NCBI GenBank assembly: GCA_973895155.1
Contig: OZ316899.1
Location: 6,823,241-6,887,240, forward strand
Direction of reading: 5' to 3'
Origin: Marsupella aquatica
Taxonomy: Eukaryota; Plantae; Marchantiophyta
DNA: 64,000 nt
In this document: piece by piece, positions 58,275-64,000 of the stretch
How the letters are laid out: every line of letters starts with the position of its first letter
Numbering within the stretch: position 1 is the stretch's first letter
The notes under the pieces: model-generated
What the model saw: only the letters and a program-made list of their open reading frames with translations
Told to the model about the DNA's origin: nothing
The model's database searches: none
Made by a program: the position numbers and the translations under genes

Positions 58275-61200
58275 AAACCTTCTTGTCAACGGTCTTGTAC
58301 TTTGTGTTTGAATGGACAATCTCAGAGACGAGCAAGTACTGATACTCACTCAACTCTATCTCCATCTTCCCACTTTCCAAGTTGGAAACCACACTCTCGA
58401 GTGGCTCGTCACATCCAGTTTCCACCAAAACCCCTTCCAAACTCTCATCATCATCAAGCTCGTTAGACTCGGCCAAAGTCTGACTTGTTTCTTTCACATA
58501 TCTCTTATGCCGCCCGATCATCTCACTCCCACCAACATAGGTAACTTTGCTAGTTCGAGTGCAACCTACAAGCAAACTGGAAAAACACTTGTTATCTTGT
58601 GGAGCCAAAACACAAGCACTCCACTGGTCCACAAACTTCAGCGGAGCACAAACCCATTTCCCTGTTCTCTTTCCTCGTTAGAGTTCCTCTCGACCTCAAT
58701 CTTTGGCTCTCGCAATTCCTTCCGGTTTTGCACATTTCCAGGGAACACAACAGGGAACTGCACCACCTGGATCCCATCGCTACTCCAAATCTTCACCATG
58801 TAAGGAGTATCATCAAGTACCTTGGTCTCCATTCTCAACGCAGTTATGAATGGCATGCCCAAAATGACTGGGAATGACAACAGCTCATGAACAAAAATAT
58901 TACAAGGTTGGGCCACATTCCCAAACTTCACAACAACATCAGGACAGCCACCCCAAAGGAAATCCCTCATGGAACTCACAAAATTCACAGCCCAAACCAA
59001 CTCCTTCTCAATCATCCATTGCCCCTTTTCATAAACACTCTTAGACATCAAGTTAATCTTAGAACCTGAGTCAAACAAGGCCCTCACTTTGCCTTTCATT
59101 CCCCTTATTTTGCACTCGCCTTCTGGACAAGCCCTTGCCCAGTGCCCATCTCGGTAAGAGAAACCTTCCTTCGTCGTTCCAAAGCCTACAAACAACCTTA
59201 CTAGGACCTCAGCTGCTCGGCTTTCGACTCTGACCACGAGCCTATTGTTGAGCGCAATTCCGACTTCGTTCTTTCCAACCTCTTCTTCAAATTCCTCATT
59301 CAATCCTCAAACTCATCATCAATTTCCGCATCATCAATGGTCGCATAAGTCCAAAATCCACCCAAGTCCAACCCTCGGGCCTCCCCCATCAAGGTATGAG
59401 GTCCCTCTTTGTATATCCGTTTTCTCTTTGACCTCTCCAAAATGGCTTCCTGGATCTCTCGCTTCATGCTCCCAAATAGGGCAGCATTGGAAAACCCTTG
59501 AGCCTGTTGACTCCAAAACTTTTCGGCCACCATTTTTGGATACATGGCCTGATCCAAATCCCTTCCGAGCACCCAACCCGAATCCTTCCTAATCGGCTTT
59601 TCAGCAGCCAGTTGCTTCTCAATGTCCTTGTCCTCTTTGAACCTAACCTTTCTCTCCCTTTTGCGAGTTTCCCGTCTTTCTCGTTCCCCTGATTGCAACG
59701 GGGTATCATCCTCATCAGTTTTCCTCCGTTTAGAGTTTGGTTCTATGTTGCTCCTACTTCGACTATAATCATATTGATCAGAACCGGGTCCTCCCATCCC
59801 GACTTCTTTCGAACACAATCCGCCAATCTCTGGTAATACTCATCCGACTCGATCACAGGGCCATCTAACTCGATATTATAAACATTCGCTTTTGCATGTG
59901 AAGAGGATGCCTCTCCACTTCTCTTACCAGCCCGCCTCTCGGCCAATGCCTTCATCCCTCCCTTGTTTGAATTGAAGGGAATCGGCTCCTCATTGTCCGG
60001 AAATGATATCTTCTTTTGGCCAATCTCTCCGGTGAACTTTACCAGCCCCTTATCAGCTGCTTCCTTTAGATCCTAGCATTCCCTCTTGTCATGATCCTTA
60101 CTGTTGCACCACATGCATGGCCAGCTCTGGGTCTCTTGCCTCCTCTCGAGGATGCTTCTACCCTTAGGCTTCTCAGCCAAATGTGAAATCAGGATTTTTA
60201 AGTTCTGCATCATCTCCGCAAGATCATCTATTACTGGCAATGCTTCCTCCTTGGCTAGTTCCCGTTTTGCCTTAGTCAACAACGGTTCAGGCACCTTCAG
60301 CTCAAGAGTTGTGGCTTCCCTATCTAACTCTTGCCTCCGGTGCCGATTTCTCACTTTTGACACCGCCTTTTCCACTTGGTTCCAATCATTCGACAACGTC
60401 ACCCTAGTCAGCTTGAGTAGTTCCATTGCATTTTCCAGCTCCTCTCTGAGATCCTCGTCCGCTGCTCTCAAGAAGAGAGTGGAGCGCTGCATCTCAATGA
60501 TCCCAACATCCCTCTTTGGTAACTGGGACACCTTACGCTTGAATTCCCTTAGCAACTCTTGCGGACCCTTCAGCTTCTTATTACGATCATTCACCCAATC
60601 AAGAAACGTGGCTTGAGTGACTCTATCAGCATCCTCAGCCTGGAACTCCTCCTTCATCCTGGAATCAAAATCATCCCAATTCTCAGCCGTGTCAATGATC
60701 AACTTTACCGTAGAGGTTAGTTCTGGCTCCACCAGAACCAGGAACTCCCTCATGGCTATATCCTCATTGAACTTGTAGACAACTGCTTCTGTCAGGTAAC
60801 TCTTCAGGTATTTTGTTACATTCCTTCCATCAAATTGCCCTTTTACTTTCAAAACTTCTTGGAGACAACGAGTCGTTCTGCTCGTATCTTTGTTCTCCTT
60901 CTCAGCTTCAATCTCCTCTTTCCTTATACTCCGCATCATTGTCATGACAATGTGGGAAATCCAATCAATCTCGTCGCTATCACCCATCTTGCCTAATTGC
61001 CCCAAGGTATCCCTAGTATGGTCACCAATGTCGCGTGGACTGAATGCAAGGGTCACCTCGGGAAAACAAATTGTTTTTGGCTGCAATCCAGACAAGTGAT
61101 AGACACAATTTGGGGCCCAAACTCAAACACTTTACTTTCTGAAAATCTCATGATCAATACAATGGGTGCCCTTGGGCGGGTCACTCGTGAAAGTCTGATC

Positions 61201-62905
61201 TCTAACCCTTCGGCGGGCTACTATCTATCTTCCATCGAGCTATCATCCTCTCAAAGGCTATCAAGTCGGAAAATTCACAAAATCCAATGCCTGAAGTGCT
61301 CAACTCAGAACTCAGAATCACATAGCTTGCATTGCCAACAATCCAACACTCAGGCTTGCTGGTCCGCAATCGGTAGCACCTCAAACCTCAACCCAAATCT
61401 CCATAAACGATTGACTCCCCTGGGCTGAGCCAAAGCCCAGGCCTCAAATATGCCTCAGAAGCAACATCCCCGCCCGACAAGTCACCGCCAGGCAGGTTGA
61501 CAACTCAAAAGCCAGACTCTTGGTCGCCAGAAGACGAACCAACAGCCCTTTGCATTCCAATCGCAACCAACTCCCAACTCCTTAGCTTTTGCATGCCCAA
61601 AACTCATCAAAAACAAAACACCAATCATCACTCAGAGTTGAGCTTGAAATCAAAATGATTTGACTCCTCAGCACTCGCAGCTCACTGAAAACGGAACACC
61701 AATCGATTCTCAGAGTTGGGCTTGAAGTCCAAACGATTTGACTCCAAAGCATTTGTAGCTCACCAAATACGGAACACCAACTGACTTCCTCATCCTTGGT
61801 CTTGGTACTGAAACGGTTTGTCACGACACCGCCCTGACCCTAGGACATGCTCATGGCCCAAATAGCGTAGCTTGTCCTAAAGCTTGTTCCAACACGCCGG
61901 GACCAGAATGGCCTTGACTCTAGCAACCAACTCTCGGTTCTTGCCCCACTAATGGTCTAGGGGCCAAGCACCCTTGGAACTCAACCTTCATGCTTACTTG
62001 GCCTTGCCTCCCCAATGCAAGCTCCCTTGGGAGACTGAACGCGGTTTGGCTACTATTTTGGCAGGATTTGGCAAGTGGGCAAGATAACACCCGCAAACCT
62101 CAGGAACCCATGGTTCTCCAAGACCCAGCTATGCTCAGGAGGATGTATCCCTCCTTGAGAGCTTTCCAACGCACCCAAGAAGTCCTCCAACAGACTTCGC
62201 GTCGGGAAGATATTGTCGTTTTTGTTTGGCGCTTTCCCTTAGTGTTGTGATCACCGCGGCTCACAACTTTGGCTCGCCTTTGGCCCCTAGGGAGACACCA
62301 CTCCCCTCATATATGATTCTGGAGACCTTTCACCCCCAAACCAGCTTTGGTCCCTAAACATTTGGCCTCCAACCCGGATCCGATCGCGCATACTAGGCGC
62401 TCCACCAACTGGCAACGCCCATAATTTTCTCGTTAGGCGTCCGCAAGCGGAGTGCCTTACCTTGTTGTGATCAGGTCGACCCAGTGCTCATGCCTAGGCC
62501 CTCAGGTCTCATTGCCGCTTGGGGTCCCCCATTGGCCAAACCCGGATCGGGCCATAACTCACGCCCCAAGCGTCTGTTGCCCATGGTGTAAACTCCATTG
62601 GCCTTGGGCCCAAGAGGAGCTCACACTCAAGCCCTCAAAACTCAAAGTGTGTTTGGGGGCCCGGATGGTCAACCTTGAGTCCGGCCCGTTTCCCCTTGAC
62701 CCAACCAGCTCTCAGCTTGCCTAAGTCCTTAGTGTGTGTCACCAGCTTGGCTCGTTGCCTTTGCTAGTGCCACGTCTCATTGCCCACTAGTCTCCCCATG
62801 CTAAGTCCTCCTCGGATGGCCTATCCGGGCCTGGACCATAAGGGAGCTTGGTGTTGGAGTCAGCGACGCCGGAGCTAAGTGTTAATGTAGTCGTGTTCTA
62901 CGACT

Positions 62906-64000
62906 ATTATTCCGTAGGGACCATCATTGTGTCAATGGGATCACGATGCTCAAATCCAAGTGGCCAAAGGTTCTGGCCAAGGCGTATGGGATGACAGGTT
63001 AGCTAAGGAATGGCAAAGCAATGGGGGTAGCCAAGGCAAGGTAAGGCACGTTTCATTGGGGTTGGATACCGCACATAATGTCTAGTTATGGCAATACAAG
63101 CAGATGCGTATGTACACCCTAGAGTCTCTAAGATAAGAGGTCCTGAAAAAGTAACATGACTTGCCCTAGGGAGGGCATGTCGGTATAATTGCTCGGACAT
63201 GAAGCAATCGGTTCTTTGCCATTGCAAAGTTGTTACTCGTGCAAAAAGAACCAAACGGTCTATAGGGCAAAGGAGGACTTCTGCAACCCTTACCAATAGC
63301 TATGGTCCCATGGGAGTCCATCTCCATGGACTTCATTGTTGCATTACCTGAGTCCCACGGCAGTAACTCCATCTTAACAATCGTAATTCATTTTTCTAAG
63401 ATGGCGTATTTCTTGCTGACTACAAAAATGGTTTCGGCCCAAGAGGTTGCCAATCTAGTGTTTGACAATGTCTTCCAACAATGGGGATTGCCATTGCATA
63501 TCCTGTCTGACCGCGATACCAAGTTCACGGGCCATTTCTGGAAGGCGTTGTTATGGTTATTCAGAACAGACCTTACTGGAGGATCAACGTATCATCACAA
63601 GACAGATGGCCAAATAGAATGGGTGAATGGTATCGTGGAGGACTACTTGCATCACTTTGTGATGGCGAATTAAAAGGATTGGGCAAAGCACTTAACAAGG
63701 CCAAGTTTAGGTATAACTTGACCAAGCGTTTGGCAATGGGGTTGGCGCCGTTTGTGTTGGCCATAGGGAGGACGCCAAGGGCGCCCTCCTAGTTCATAAA
63801 TCTGGAAGCTTGGCGGACAGAAAGCAAGGTTCCTTCTACGGATGATTTTATTTGAGAGTGGCGCCTAGTTGTGGAAGCGAGTACCAAGGGCATGACCCTT
63901 GCCCAAAGTTGGTACAACGAGCAAGGGGATAAACATTGACGCCAAGTAAGCTTTGAAATTGGGGAGAGCATCTGGTTGCAGTTGAGACCTGAACAATACC
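62906..64000 (+). mobile_element. Chromovirus copy A3 integrase region, opposite orientation, decayed; runs off the window
   Basis: PWESISMDFIVALP...ILSDRDTKFTGHFW...HHKTDGQIE; reverse-complement homology to 34400-35260 and 37180-37420. Confidence 0.88.

Larger units (their letters stand above)
52966..58276 (-). mobile_element. Near full-length RTEX-like non-LTR retrotransposon inserted in element C
   Basis: TSD ACCTT (52961-52965, 58277-58281); (CATTAC)n 3' tail; ORF1 plus APE-RT ORF2; C-terminal RLSSHHLEVEQGRW...CQLC...ENEYHVFIAC motif. The clade call rests on motif memory. Confidence 0.85.
49069..61828 (-). mobile_element. Non-chromoviral Gypsy element C (related to B, different LTR), inserted in the A1 5' LTR
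   Basis: LTRs 61029-61828 and 49069-49723 (the left LTR lacks its first ~140 bp); PBS TGGTGACCATACTAGGG at ~61011-61027; PPT at 49724-49732. Gag 60073-61000, protease 58638-59303 (LFDSGS), RT 51962-52780 (FMDDVPIK), integrase 49766-51357. Confidence 0.88.
30909..62905 (-). mobile_element. Chromovirus copy A1 (outer, 3'-truncated): gag 30909-32083 and 48391-48680, PBS 48681-48693, 5' LTR 48696-49068 and 61829-62905
   Basis: Gag reads through the A2 insertion (KPSTAP|ANTSSAKR). PBS is TGGTATCAGAGCC (tRNA-iMet). The LTR halves match LTR 32084-33542. Confidence 0.8.

Overview
Eukaryotic DNA made entirely of nested transposons, probably from a non-seed land plant (inferred from the TE lineages); I see no intact host gene. 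Left half (1-~26.9 kb): a ~22 kb CACTA/EnSpm element with TIR CACTAGTAGAAACCGGGGT and TSD AGA. It inserted into a sister copy of itself, and ~20 kb of its body was then apparently inverted between 168-bp inverted repeats, so both TIRs now point the same way. Besides decayed TnpD and TnpA genes it carries four co-oriented accessory ORFs: a stand-alone EDM2-type PHD-finger cassette, a tandem-BRCT protein resembling the Pol-lambda BRCT, a hydrophobic-segment plus F-box protein, and a Cys-rich ORF. This is the best candidate for an undescribed system, a transposon-borne chromatin-reader/repair/ubiquitin module. A very young Bianca-like Copia (identical 198-bp LTRs, intact ORF) sits inside it. Right half: a decayed L1 LINE; three nested copies of a chromovirus with non-canonical AGT...ACT LTR ends; two non-chromoviral Gypsy elements; a solo LTR; a MITE with an 8-bp TSD; and an RTEX-like LINE with a tandem 181-bp-monomer 5' UTR whose ORF2 is broken by an inverted copy of its own 3' end. 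All family assignments come from motif recognition by eye, not from database searches.
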